Below, piece after piece: positions 25,043-39,725 of a stretch of 64,000 bases of DNA (position 1 is its first letter; each line of letters opens with the position of its first letter). The position numbers were made by a program, and so were the translations under genes. Where the stretch lies: NCBI RefSeq assembly GCF_006345805.1, contig NC_042997.1, positions 179,056,001 through 179,120,000 on the forward strand, read 5' to 3'. This stretch comes from Octopus sinensis. Lineage: Eukaryota. The notes beneath the pieces are model-generated. The model saw only the letters and a list, made by a program, of their open reading frames with translations. It ran no database searches and was not told the DNA's origin.

Positions 25043-25625
25043 ATATTTGTTTGCTTCTTTCAAGTAAGACTTAAAATTCAGTTAATAAACTAGTTTCGTG
25101 AAGATAACTCAGCGCACCAGAACCTGTGTCAAATTTATCTTAATCCACATTATTGCACTTCTCCACCCATTTCGTTTAACTTAACTTTCGACTACTGCAA
25201 ATATACCATTGCATAACATACATGAATTTTCCACCAAAATGCAGCAAAACTTTGAGTAACTGTTATAGTTATAATCCTTGATTTCGGTGTTATGTAACCA
25301 CATTTCAACGCAATCAGATTGAGAAGTTTCAAAGTTTGCAATGAGTTCAAAAAAGGCTTATCCGAATTTTCAGAATATAATCCGATATTTAGTTAAAAGT
25401 TAAAAAAAAAAAAATTAAAAATTGGCAAACTTTCTGAAAGTTCAGCATTATTGGGAAGAAGGTAAATAAAAGGATGATTCTCATTCTCAGTTCAATTCAT
25501 TGAGCTGAACAATCTTTGATTTTAGGATTGTCACACATGCACATATATGGAAACAGACAAACGCATACATACTTAGACATCTGTACGTATTATTATATTT
25601 CTACAAGCATAAATATATAGAACAT

Positions 25626-25702
<77 letters not shown>

Positions 25703-25711
25703 ATGTGTGTG

Positions 25712-25769
<58 letters not shown>

Positions 25770-25926
25770 AACAAACATATATATATATATTGATATATAT
25801 ATTTTTATGTATACATATTTACATTTATGTATACATATTTACATATATATATATATATATATATATATAACGGGAAGCTTTATGAAAATAAACAAAAGAC
25901 GAAGGCAGGTGGAAAACAAACGAACA

Positions 25927-25971
<45 letters not shown>

Positions 25972-26517
25972 GGGTCCGTGTGTGTGTACATCATACGTAC
26001 ATGCATATACAGAGACATAAGCTTTTTATAAAGATTTACGAATTAAACAAACACATGCATAAGCACACAAACACGCATAAAGACGTACGCTTTAAGATTT
26101 AGCCACATGTGCATACGTGTTAAGTTATTCCCACATTCACATGTTTGAACAATATAAAAAAAATATAAGAACAAAAATTTGTTCAGTGGAGGAAATGTAA
26201 GAAAAAGAATTTATATATATATATATAAATAAGAGAAAATAACATTGAAATAGAAGGCCTCACGCTTGAACTTATGTTTATAAAATATATTTAAAAAAGA
26301 AAGGTAAATATATGAATAGAAATATAAAGCCTAGTATAACAATTGGCATTTACTTCCGATTTTCAAGACTAAAGGAAATAAAGTCACAACACGATTGAGT
26401 TTAAAGTCAAACTTCGATGAAGGAAAAAAAAATGGAGACAGATCACACACGCACCTCCATGTCTTAAAACTTGTGTGTTCATGTATATATATATATGTAT
26501 ATATGTATGTATGTATT

Positions 26518-26569
<52 letters not shown>

Positions 26570-26668
26570 CATACATATATATATACATATTTATATACAC
26601 ATATATATATAAGTACGTAAATATATCACATAAGGATTTATATATATATATAAAGTGTACACACACAT

Positions 26669-26734
<66 letters not shown>

Positions 26735-27540
26735 ATGTATATATAAACTTACACACACACTCAATCATACTGAGGAAATATCCAAATAAAGCAGATAATA
26801 AATGAGAGCAGATGATGAAAAAGAAAAAAAGGTAAGAATCCGATAGCAACGCAGAGAAACGATGCTAGAATAGAGCAGAACAGTATAAAAATATTTAAAA
26901 ATTCTTAGCCTTCAAGACATTTTCAAGTTAGAATCTCTCTTGAAGTGATTGTCTGCTAGAAACGTTAGGTCTTGATCCTCACATTCGTTGCTTTGATCCA
27001 ATTAGCATGTTAAAATCTCCTCCTTGTCATTTTCGTTCATATTTCTCTATCCCTCTTTTTTTTTTACTTCGAATGCATTCTCTGTCTCTCTTCATTCCTT
27101 CCTCACATTTCTTTCTTTTTTTCTTTCTTTCTTTCTCTCTCTCACAAACACACATACACACACATACTCCTTTTGGTATCTTCGAGTTCTTATTCTCTTT
27201 TTCTTAACATCACATCTCCCTTTCCATCTCCTATGTGTTTCTCGCACGCACTTTTTACTCTGTTACTTCTCCATTCATATCACAAAATACTCCTTCTTTC
27301 CTTTTGTGATTTCTTGATTGTCGTCTGCATCCCCTCTCTTTTGTAAACACGCTTACCATCCCTTCTTCCCCCTCACTCTCTATCATTATTTATGTGTTGA
27401 TTCCCTTTTTTTCTCTTTTTGTATTTCTGTCTCCTGCCTTTCCACTCTCCTAAGCATCATGAAAGAATTTCACTTGAGAAAAGTCCGAGCAGCTTGGAAC
27501 AGATCGATAGCCAATCCCTTCTTTCTCTTTCTCTCCCTCA

Positions 27541-28139
27541 ACACACACACACACACATGTAGAAATTCACGTGTGCGTATGTGTGTGTATGTGTATGTAT
27601 GTATGTATATATATACATGCATACATACATATATATATATATATATACATATATATATAGATATATATATACATGCATATACATATATATATATATATAC
27701 ATGCATATATATATATATATATATACATGCATATACATATATATACATATGTATATATATATATACATACATATATATATATACATATGTATATATATAT
27801 ATACATACATATATATATATACATATATATATACATACATATATATATATACATATATATATACATACATATATATATACATATATATATATATATTATA
27901 TTATACATACATATATATATACCTATACATACATATATATATACATGCATATATATACATATATATATACATACATACAGACATATATACATGCATACAT
28001 ATATATATACATACATACAGACATATATATATACATATATACATATACATAATACATATATATATACATACATACATATACATACATGCATATACATACA
28101 CACATATATATATACATACACACACATATATATATATAG

Positions 28140-28178
<39 letters not shown>

Positions 28179-28243
28179 CATATACATACATGCATATACA
28201 TACACACATATATATATACATACACACACATATATATATATAG

Positions 28244-28277
<34 letters not shown>

Positions 28278-28485
28278 ACATACATACATATATTTATACA
28301 AACATACATACACATATATATACATACATATATACAAACATACATACACATATATATACATACATACATATATATATACATACATACACATATATATACA
28401 TACACATATATATATACATACATATATATTATACATACATACATATATATATACTTACATACATAATATATATACATACATACAT

Positions 28486-28516
<31 letters not shown>

Positions 28517-28520
28517 TATA

Positions 28521-28591
<71 letters not shown>

Positions 28592-28600
28592 CATATATAT
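27541..28600. repeat. ~1-kb compound (TA/CA/CATA) microsatellite with a 104-bp higher-order duplication
   Basis: Almost entirely alternating purine-pyrimidine; the block starting at 28081 recurs at 28185. Confidence 0.97.
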
Positions 28601-30668
28601 ATGCAATTCTCCGTGCTACTTGTATTCATCTTCTACTTGGGCTCCTCGTTTATTTCTGCGTTATTCCATAGCTCTGAAATATTCCAAAGTAATCTTAATA
28701 CCCAGAGAATGAAAAACACGAGGAAAAAAATAAATAAATACTCAGAAAACGGTAAAAAAAAAAAACGTACCAAAGACTATAAAAATCTATGTTAAAGAAA
28801 AAAGTTTGAAAATGTTATCAGAAAAACTGAATTCAGACAGACGGGAAATCTTATCCATTTTACTTCCTCCTCACCCCATCACCCTTTCTCTTGTATTTTC
28901 CTGTCATTCTGTCTTTCTCTCCTGTGGCCTCTTCTCTTTTCTCTCTGGCAGTCTCCGCCTGATTTCCTATTTTTCTTTCTTTTTACAGTTAGTGCATTTT
29001 TTTTCTTTCATTTTCTCTCCCAATGACATTATACATACATACACACACTCTCACACATACACACATACATACATACGTATATACATACATACTCACACAC
29101 ACATACATATATGTGTGTATGCACATACATATATACATATCCATCTCTATGTATGTGTGCATTGCTTGAAGTTACTGCCATACAATGGCTATAGGCAGTA
29201 AATGTACATACGTTTGTGAGGACGTTTGTGTATGTATATATGTGCGTATACATCTGTCTGTATGAATATGTGTATTCATATTTGTGTACGAAGTTCTAGT
29301 GCTTGTGTATATATAAGTGTGTGAGTACGAGTACACACAAAAATACATACATAGATTGCTGACATTGCTGCCAAAGAAAATCGATAAAAATTATCAGAAA
29401 CAAGATTGACATCGAAGAATGTTATTAGAGAGCTTGTCAGGACGTTACATCAACAGGAACGTTGAATATTGTACCGAACCAAGTAAAATGTTGGTAATTT
29501 TCTCTTTCTCTTCTTACAGACCAGTTGTTAGTCTGGTTAGGTATGCAAAAATATTTTTTTTAAACTAATTGTGGATACCAAAATAAATACGCACATATAC
29601 ATATACAAACGCGCTTATATACGAGTATATATAAGAATATCTATATACATACAAACAGACACTCATACGCAAATACGCATATATATGCATGTATATATAT
29701 TTATTTATTTTTACATAGCTATATTACAATATATATGTGTATGTATGTATATTTTATGTGTGTGTATATATATATATATATATTGATTTCCGATTGTGAT
29801 CTGTACATGTGATAAGAAAATGAATAGCAACTTTACGCACGTGATTTATGCTGACAACGAAAAGTGATTACAACTTTGTGTAATGCTTATGTAATATTAT
29901 ATACACACGACGAGGCTACATTTTGGAATTTCAGATGCATTAAGTTTTTGTGGAAGAGTAACCTTTGAGAAATCATTAGATCAAGAATCTGCTGCCGTTA
30001 GGAATCATATATAGATTATTATGGTTAATTAGGAAAGTGTTCTTAATATCTAGTCAAAATTCCTGTAATATTTTAAAGAGATGAATCTTCCATTGTTAGC
30101 CTTGAAAGCATTATCGCAATAGGCATTGTGAAATATAATAGTTTAGAAGGCTCTAGCAAAATTTATGTAGTAAAATACTTAAGCATTTGGCTAGTAAAAT
30201 GATGCACCGTATATTAGTTATACATATTAATTTGCTGACCAATAAATAGTCTTTGTTGCCCTCTTGTCTCATTGTACGGAAATAAAACATGTTTTTCTAT
30301 AGATCAGACTGGCTTCTCTGTATATTCCGTATCTTGTCAATAGTAGTTGAACGTGACTCGGAAACTTTAATTAATCAATTAATATTACGATGTTTTTAAA
30401 GGGAGCTATCCTGTACTGAATGACCAAATGTGATCGAAAAATATATAACGGATGAACATCTAGCATTTCCGATCAACTAAAACCAATTAAATATGGAATA
30501 TACTGAACAGTGAATCAGTTCTTTTGTAATTACCTCGTCATGTTACATTTCTATAAGACATGGAATCGGTCAATAACTATTTGCCGGTCAAGATAAATAT
30601 GTATGAATGATTCATGGTCAGTCAACGCAATGGACAAATGATAAAGAAGACTACCTAGCAATCAGTAT

Positions 30669-30703
30669 GACCTGGTTTCGATCCTGTTACGCGTTATCTT
30701 CAG
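30669..30703 (-). ncRNA. Hammerhead-core relic
   Basis: Minus strand reads CTGAAGA..GAAACCAGGTC; stems I and II are poorly conserved. Confidence 0.3.
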
Positions 30704-31141
30704 GAAGTGTATTTTAATATTGTGTCGAGTCCAACCAGACAGTGTAAATGAAATTATTTGACAGAAACTGTGAGGAATCATGTAGGATGCTTTAAACCTG
30801 TAATTCAAATATACAACCTTGTCACACACATACACACACATACACACACACTCACACACAGTGTGTAACACTAATTCATGTTTGAAAATGTCATTAATGG
30901 CAAAGGAGTCTATATAATACTCAGCTACATACAGCTTAATTAGATAAATATTTGCTCCCTAATTAAATGAGCGACTTCAACCCTTATTAATGAGTAGGTA
31001 CTTCAGATAATTGTCCATATTTTAGTAGTAGTTTCATTCAATGCAATGGACAAATGAATAAGAAGATCACTTGGCATGCTTTCTCACAGTCTACTTAATT
31101 TCATTCACACTGCTTAGTTTGACTCGAGCCAATGTTAAAAT

Positions 31142-31183
31142 ATACTCGCTGAAGATGAGCTGTTATCGAAAACGGTCCCAGGA
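31142..31183 (+). ncRNA. Minimal type-I hammerhead relic (Penelope-type)
   Basis: CTGAAGA (31149-31155), t-GA gctgtta TC, GAAA, ACG, GTC; stem I is imperfect. Confidence 0.4.
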
Positions 31184-31249
31184 CATCTTGATTCTCAAGT
31201 ACGAATGAAAACAACTACAACAAAAACAACAACAGCAACCCTTTCCACT

Positions 31250-31860
31250 ATGTGCACAAGAACTAAAATTTTGTGGGGAATAGTGTTAGATGAATACATC
31301 GACTCCAGTGCTCGGATGGTATTCGAGCTGGCAGATACGTTAGCGCGCCGGGCGAAATGCTTAGCGGTATTTTGTCTGTCGTTACGTTGTGAGTTCAAAT
31401 TCCGCCGAGGTTGACTTTGCCTTTCATCCTTTCGGGGTCGATAAATTAAGTACCAGTTCCGCACTGGGGTCGATGTAATCGACTTAATACCTATGTCTGT
31501 TCTTGTTTGTCCCCTCTATGTTTAGCCCCTTGTGGGTAATAAAGAAATAGGTATTTTGTCTGCCGTTACTTTCCGAGTTCAAATTCCGCCGAGGTCGACT
31601 TTGCCTTTCATCCTTTCGGGGTGGATTACATAAGTACCAGTTAGGTACTGGGATCGATACAATCGACTTAATCCGTATGTCTGTCCTCTCTGTGTTTAGC
31701 CCCTTGTGAGTAGTAAAGAAATGGGTATTCTTTTTATCGACCCAGAAGGGATTAAATGAAAAGATGAACTCGGTGGTATTTGAGCTCAAAACGTAAAGGG
31801 CCGGAAGAAACGCCGTTTAGTATTTTCCCGACTCCTAACTATACTGCTAACTCACCGATT
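31250..31860. mobile_element. Nested SINEs: a plus-strand family 1a dimer (31325-31723) inserted into an older minus-strand family 1b copy
   Basis: GGTATTC is duplicated at 31318-31324 and 31724-31730; the two halves of the older SINE flank the insert. Confidence 0.85.
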
Positions 31861-32874
31861 TTATGATGATGATGACGATTATAATAATAATATTAATGAT
31901 ACTAATAATAACAATATTAACAATATTAACAATAATAATAACAATAACAATAGTAATGTCTATGATGATAATGGTGATGACGACGATGATTTTCCGATGT
32001 ATTATGAAAGACACAAATATTTTTTTGAATCAATATACTCAGTTATATCGATTCTAGTGAGTGATTGGTAATTTATTTTATCGAACCGGAAATGACGAAA
32101 AGCCAAGTCGACATTTAATGGCTGAAAAGGATTTTATAGGCAATTCAGTGTCAATTCGACCAATCAGATCTTTCCATTTTAACTTTCACGCTTAGTTATC
32201 ACAAAATAAAAACGTTTTGGAATTACTTTAAAATATATCAGATATAATAAATATTACATAATAAATATTTCTGGAAAATATAATTGCTTTTATAACGAGT
32301 CATATTTGTAGCTATTTCTCAAGAAAGTTGTTTGAATTGAAACAACATCGTGTACAACATCAAGAACAAGAATGTTTATATATGTCGTTTCAAATTCTTT
32401 GAAATATTTCTATAAAGAAGAGGTTGTTTTCTATCTATGAATATGAGCTGCTTCATATGAATAAAGATAACAACAAAATTATATAGTTGTATGTTGAATT
32501 TTAGATGCTTTAATTATTTTCACAATTCCGCTTACAAATTCAATTATCTTAGAAAGTGTTAGACGGTTTCTATGTTTTTATTTTGCCTCAGAAATCCAGC
32601 TTCAACACACGCGCGCGCGCATACTCATACACACATGAACATACGCACAAGTAAATTCACGCACATGTATATATATATGTGAATGTATGTGGGTCTGTGG
32701 TGTGAATGTATGTATGTAAGTACGTTCTCTTCTACTTTTAATTATTTAAAAGTCTTCCTTTAAGGAAGGAGCTAGTTTCTAACAACGATATAAAACATGA
32801 TCGTTGCAATGCAGATAACAAACAAACACAATGTTGAACTTTAGAAAACTGTTGTACACACACACATATATATA

Positions 32875-34114
32875 CAGTGCGATGGGTAAGTTGACGCCAT
32901 TGTATATGTTTAATGTCATATCGCACATGTACATTGTTTGTTTTTGATTCTGTCGACTACACAGTATAGCAGGGTCAGTTGGGTACCGTCTGTGAGGAAA
33001 ACAGCACCATGGTCAGAAATTTGGAAGCGAGATCCTGTACTACTTGGTATTAGCGCCGGAAGCTTCAATACAAACATTTCAGAGTGTTCCGGTGCCAATC
33101 TGAGGACAGTGAAGAAGATTCGTTAAGATTTCGATGAGTCTAACGGTGACTACGACGGTACGGCTGCTCGGAAAACTCACTCTAATCGTTCTGATGAGAA
33201 AATAACTGAATTTACTAGTGAGATCGATGCCATAATTTACAACGATCTCTCCAAGTCAATCAGATCATTCTCCAGCGGAACTGGAGTGTCTGAGTTTCTT
33301 TTCAGGCAGGTAGTGCAACAAGACATTCGTTATTCCTCATACAAGATGAGAAAGGGTCAGTTGTTATTCCAAGCCAGCAAGGACAAAAGAAAAGATCGCG
33401 CTACTGAGTTCTTGAACAAACTCAAGCATCCCCGCCAACCGAACATGCTTTGGTTTTTCCCAAACGAGAACAATTTCTGCCAGGATTAGATGGTGAACAC
33501 ACAGGACAACCGTTGGCTTGTCGTGTCCCTATAGCATGTACCAAAAGTAATAAAAATCAATCATTCAGTCAACATCATGGTGTTTGGAGTCATCAGTTGT
33601 TATGGTAACGTTATACCTCCATTCATATTCCCATACTACTTCAGACACAACAGGGAGGTCTACTGGAAGCGGCAGTGCTGCTCTGGATGAAAAGGGTGGC
33701 TACTGGAAGACCCTATGTCTTGCAACAGGACTCTGCACCATGCCACACAAGCAGGAGAACCCAGTCATGGCTGTCAGACAATTTCTGCGACTACATACAT
33801 CTGGTCATGTAACTCCCCAAAGTGCAGCCCCCTTGATTATTATGTATGAGGTGCAGTTGTGCGAGAGATCAACAAAACTCCTTGTAATACCAAAAATTAA
33901 CTGAATGCAAGGACTGTGGCAACATTCATTAATTTAAACAAGGAGACCGTCCAGAAATGTTGCAGGAGATTATGAAGTCGATTGCATTGAATAAATTTAA
34001 TCTTTAGTATTTCAAGATCTGTTTATGCAATTTTGGTAAATATACCTGTTACGATGAGATATGAGTGTTATTTTTATTTTTACGTAATTTAGACGAAGAT
34101 GTTTTCACCGCACC

Positions 34115-34117
<3 letters not shown>
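32875..34117 (+). mobile_element. Near full-length decayed Tc1/mariner transposon (maT/DD37D-like)
   Basis: TA-flanked imperfect TIRs (cagtgcgatgg / caccgcaccct). The frameshifted transposase reads WFFPNENNFCQD, IMVFGVIS..G.V.PPFIFP, GRPYVLQQDSAPCHTSRRTQSWLSDNF and WSCNSPKCSPLDYYV*GAV. Confidence 0.9.
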
Positions 34118-34177
<60 letters not shown>

Positions 34178-35159
34178 TAGGTTAGGCCGGTTTATGGGAT
34201 TACACTAGGTTTTCCGTCCATAAAGGTCTTAGCTTTACAGCGTATCGTTCGATTCCAAAACTGTTGGCTTAAGCCCTCTCCAGCAAGAAGAGGTAACGAC
34301 TTCGGATAGTATTGTATTTTAGCAACATTCTGCAGTGGGAGAGAACAACGTGATGACTTTTTGGTTAGATCTTGTTTCGTTATGTGATATCTTTCACAGA
34401 GATATTACAAAACTGACGTATTATGGAGTATCCTAGTTCTCCGTGCTTTAAGAAGATCGATTGTCATCACGAATGTTGGAAAAAAAATTACTATGTTAGC
34501 CATTATGCAAAGAAATCTGCTTGTTGCCGAAGATGTGCTGTGAAGTAGTTTCTTCAAAATATTGTTTTAGCCGCTTCCTACAGCTAATAGAAAGTGTTCT
34601 TTTTTATAGCACCAAAGTAGACTTTGATCTGAATGCAACAACCATGCGAAATGAGCAGAGTACTTACGCTATGTTAAATAACTTACACGTGTCGTAGTAC
34701 TGCTTGTATGGGTAAAGGCGTTGATGTTGTTTTTGTCAATATCTATCATGGTTGCAAAAGCGAAATTTCACGTGGTGCAAGGTATGTTTCGAAATTCGGT
34801 ATTACTAAGCGGTATAAATCACACCTTAACATGAGCTATGGTAATTTTGAGTAACATTTAAAATTTTAATCTGGGGAGAATGATATTGCCCCATACTTAT
34901 ATTCAATGCTAGGTTCATATGCGATACACAACTATCTATGCTGTTAGATTATTTGTCCCAAATAAATTTATCATATTTGAAATATAGGTGACTTCGAGTG
35001 ATACATAAGATGCCGATTTAATATGTACCAGTCATACACCTATATGTAAAACTTTTTCATAGAGGCGTAAATACATATAGATGTACATGCATACATGCAT
35101 GCATACTTATTTATATACATATCTAAATGTATAAGTATATATATACATATGGGTTTCAA

Positions 35160-35358
35160 ATTTTTGCACAAGGCCAGCAACTTCGGGGAGGGAGTAGGTC
35201 GATTACATAAACCCCAGAACTGAACTGGTACTTATTGTATCGATTTGAATGGAATAAAATTTAAACTTGAGAGAATTTGAAATCCGAACGTAAAGACTGA
35301 CAAACTGCCGCTAAGCATTTTACCGAGCGTGCTTACAAATCTGCCATTTTGCCGCCTA
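35160..35358 (-). mobile_element. Degenerate SINE family 1b
   Basis: gcacaaggccagcaa..gtcgattacat..actggtactta..ccgctaagcatttt..gccgcct. Confidence 0.8.
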
Positions 35359-36054
35359 ATTTATACGTAATATATACTGAAATACATACATACACATACT
35401 TATAGATGTTTAAGTGTATATTACCTCAAATAGCATAGCATTCATGCACTTGGATACCAAGAAACAAACTCACTTAAAGAGAAAACAAAGAAAGAGCCAA
35501 ATAAAGAAACGAGAGGCAGAAAAGGAAAGGAAGCTTCGTGTATCATTCAGCAGCGAGAGATCATAATCATGACGAAGTGTTGAATTGTACGTTATATCAA
35601 CAATATTTATATTGACTTGAGAAATCTGAATGTTGCCTCGCTAATAAATATTTAAGTTACAAATTGACAATCATATACAACAGTGAATGCAAATAAAATC
35701 TAAGGTGTCTTCGGGCAGCGGTTTTCAATTCCTTCATCTTTATCACTACAACCAATTTGTATTAGTTTACTGAAGATATATTTCTAAAAAACAAAACGAT
35801 TTCAGCAAACAAAGCAAAGAAGACCAAGGCCAGAGCTGTTCGAACACAAACAGCGTTTACAACACGTCAGAGACGCTATAAAACGTTCATACTACCCAGA
35901 AAAACAGAGTCACGCGTACACACACACACACAAGAAATACATTACTAGACATACACATGTACACATAAAGATATAACACCGACTTAATGTTTTAGTCCTT
36001 GTGCACTCCCAGTGATTAAATATCTCGCTTAGCTGAACTGAAATTCTAATGCCT

Positions 36055-36157
<103 letters not shown>

Positions 36158-36158
36158 G

Positions 36159-36196
<38 letters not shown>

Positions 36197-37654
36197 TGTA
36201 TGTATAAATAATATATGTATGAATGTATGTATGCATGCATGTATGTGTGTGATCGTATGTATGTATATATATATATATATGTTTTTATTTATGTATGTTT
36301 ATACATACATACATGTACAGATATGTAGGTGACAGGATATACGTGAATAAACATGCCGATATATATGTTTGTGTCTGCATATACACACGCATATATAGGA
36401 AGAGAGAAAAACAGAGATAGAGAGAGAGGGAGCTTGGGAGAGGGGGGAAATAGCGTGAGGATGACGTGTGAGATGTGTGTGTGTGTTTCTAAAATAAAAT
36501 GTGCGAAATAATTTAGCTCCGTTTTTATTTCTTGCCTCGAGAAATCAGTTTTGTGGACGTTCATATTACCATATTTATTGAACGTCTGCAGAGACACATC
36601 GGATGATAAAATTCCCATTTTATTTCCTTCTGTTATGAAAAATACGTTTTATGGAACCAAGTAGACATATACAGGTAAGCATACATCGATGCAACGTACT
36701 CATACACAATATATTGATATTAAAGCTACGCACAGTCTTGCTATCAATTAAATTTGTATATTGTGAATGAAACGTCCTGTAGACTCTGAATGAAACTCCC
36801 AGCAACAAATCAGTGATTCAATTTACATACTAATCCTGTAAATTCCTTATTTCTGAATTGTACCCTCTCAGGAATCTTTAACGATTTTTAACACCTAAAT
36901 ATCGTTTACTTTTTATGACAGAACACACTATTGATATTTTTGAAGAACAATGAAATATTGAAATTCGGCCTTTGTAACGGAGGACATTACTGTTATTTAT
37001 TAGCAGAAGGTCAATATTTATTGGCTAGTCCTATGATTAAAATTTTCCAGCCGTGACCATAACTGCTTTCGAGAGGCACACTGAAGCAAACCGAAAGCAC
37101 ATTGTCCAATGAGTCATTTCTTTCTAGACAGTAGGGTGTGATTTGAGGAATATGTGATTGCTATTCCCACACCCCAAAAGAAAAAAAAACAATCAGCTTT
37201 GCAGAGTTTGACCTATTGACTCAGATGATACTTGGCACACAGTGCTCAACATAAAAGCAATAAGAGCAAAAACAACAATGAAAACCTTGACATAAACAAA
37301 GTCAACCACTCATTGAAGCTGCTGTTGTAGATGAGGCTATTGTTCCAAGTCCTAACTGATCCGATAGAACCAGGAACACAGTTTTTCAACCATGATCGTC
37401 TCATCTTATTTACATATAATGTTTCCATGCTTGCATTATCTAATATTTTCTGAGTTGTTACAATGTGGTGTGTAGATACTGCAACTTCTAGCAGTTAATC
37501 TGAGCAGGTAGCGGCTCCTCTGTTGGCAAATAAACTAGAAATAAGAGCTACGTTTCCTTAATAAATGCCTAATAATAGAGGACACTTGACAGATATAAAG
37601 ATAACAAAGGAAGCCATTTTAAGGACTGTAGTGAAAGACATACAATAGGGCCAC

Positions 37655-37850
37655 ATTTCAGGTAAAAATTATGTTCAAAATTAATATAAAATGACAGGAT
37701 GGTCAATCTTCAGGTAAAATGACAGGAAGATCAAATTTCACGAAAATTGAGAGGAAAATGAAATTACATGCAAAATGACAAAATGGCCAGAGTTCACTTA
37801 AAATGTGTCAACCTCATCTAAAATCACTTGACTGGTTAAATTTCAGGCTT
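37655..37850. repeat. Degenerate ~30-bp tandem repeat
   Basis: Recurring tttcaggtaaaa / aaatgacagga..gtcaa words. Confidence 0.5.
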
Positions 37851-39725
37851 GAGGTGATAAAGAGAAACTTGAATTATATTTAAAAAATTACATACAGTTT
37901 GGGCATCTCAGTCCCCCTATCAACTAGAAATAACTGTCATATACTCCTTGAATCACACACTACAGAGAAAAGACAAAGTATAATTATAGCCCAATATACA
38001 CGCAAAGACACAGTGTCTGCAAATAGAACACCTTTGGTTATAGTTTTCCCGATCAACCTGGTATCTCATTAAACATCAACAATAAATAATCTTCTATCTT
38101 ATCACGTCCAGCCGGACATCGTCCACATAGAAAAAGTTTAGGAAAAACTGACACATTTCGTAAAGGAATTGGTGAAAGAAGAAGTGAAAGTATGCGTCGT
38201 CGTAGTTGCAACTTAACACTTATAGCACTAAGACACACGCCACATGAAATCTTGTATTATTTTCATATATGTTTTTCTTTTTTACTGGTTTCTGTTTATC
38301 AGTTGTAGCCGTATTAGAAAACCGCCTTCTACTTATTATATTATAGTTTTGTCGACCTTCCTTTATTTTAATGACGCAGTTCGGTGAAAAACAAAGTAAA
38401 ATTGGGCGGCAATAAAACGAACTCAAAACACAAAGGGACGTAATCTAATGTCTCAAGGAAATTTGTCCGATGTTCTACCGAACCGGCCATCCATCCGCCA
38501 TCCTGCAATTACAGAAATTGTTTTGAAAGCATCGGTTCAATTTGTCCAATTTATTGATAGATAGGAAAAGAGAATATTTATTCAAATGCATTGTTCTAAA
38601 TGAAAAAAAAAAAGGAATATATATATATATATATATATATATCATCTTTACATGGTGATTTGGCTTTCTGGAAACAAAATGAATCGAGGCTGCAAGAGCA
38701 TAGTAGCGTTATGTGTCTGAAAATAATTACTGGGCTTTTAGAACTTAGAATCGAAAATAATAAATTGCTGTTTAATAACAGCTTGGATAAATTTGATATG
38801 TTCAACAGCAAATGTGCAAATGTAGAATGTTTTATTTTACACTGATAATTATTTTGCAAACAAGTAATTTCTGGCGAATTATAACTTTTCTTGTTTTTAG
38901 TTGATTAAAATATTTTTTTTTTATGCCTTTGTGCATGTCAAGCTCGTTACATTACGAACTAATTTCAATTTTTGTCAACCTCTTAACATATTGCTGTACT
39001 GTCGAAATAGATTGTTCGCAAGAAAGGGAAAATTGAAGGGATTAAATAATTCAGCTTGAGTACACAAGGTAAGTTACTTTAAAGAATGGAAAGCACACAC
39101 ACAACACATACTCTCACGCACGCATAGACACAGTCCAATCTATAAATTAATCTGAGATGAGAAGAAAAGAGACTAAAACAACTTCAATTAACTCTAATAT
39201 TTTCAATTTTTCTGGGCTTACGAGATAAAAATTTGGACATGTTTAGGATTTATTGCAGCGTTAACGGCGAAAAATGTATGTCCTTATTCATTCCAAGTCA
39301 GTGATTATCAAGATCACTAAATAAATATAGATTATGTATTCGTTGGTATAATACAATGAAATTATTTTGAATTGTGCTTCCTAAATTGGTTTAAGGAGAG
39401 CATGTTTCTAGGAAAAATAAATCAAGGGCTTCATGAGACAGGATGAGTTTTAAAAAGGTTAAAAACATAAAATGTACAGAGCTTACTATTTTCAAAAGAT
39501 TATGTTACTATATGAATTTGTTTTAGATGTGTAAATTTTCTATAAAGCAATTTTAGTTTAAATAAAATTAAAATGGCGGAGATTATTCGGAGATTATCTC
39601 GAGTTTCGGTAAAAATCATACAATTTTCCTCCTCGTTGAATAAACTTAGGAAATAATAAATTAGAGTACAAATAATGAAAAGTTGCTATCAAAATAGAAG
39701 ATTTATAACTAAGCCATTTCTCACA

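Noticed and set aside
27318-28671. Long ORFs of 220-332 aa on both strands
   Set aside because: They are pure translations of the TA/CA microsatellite (I, Y, H, T, M, C, V only) with no coding signal.
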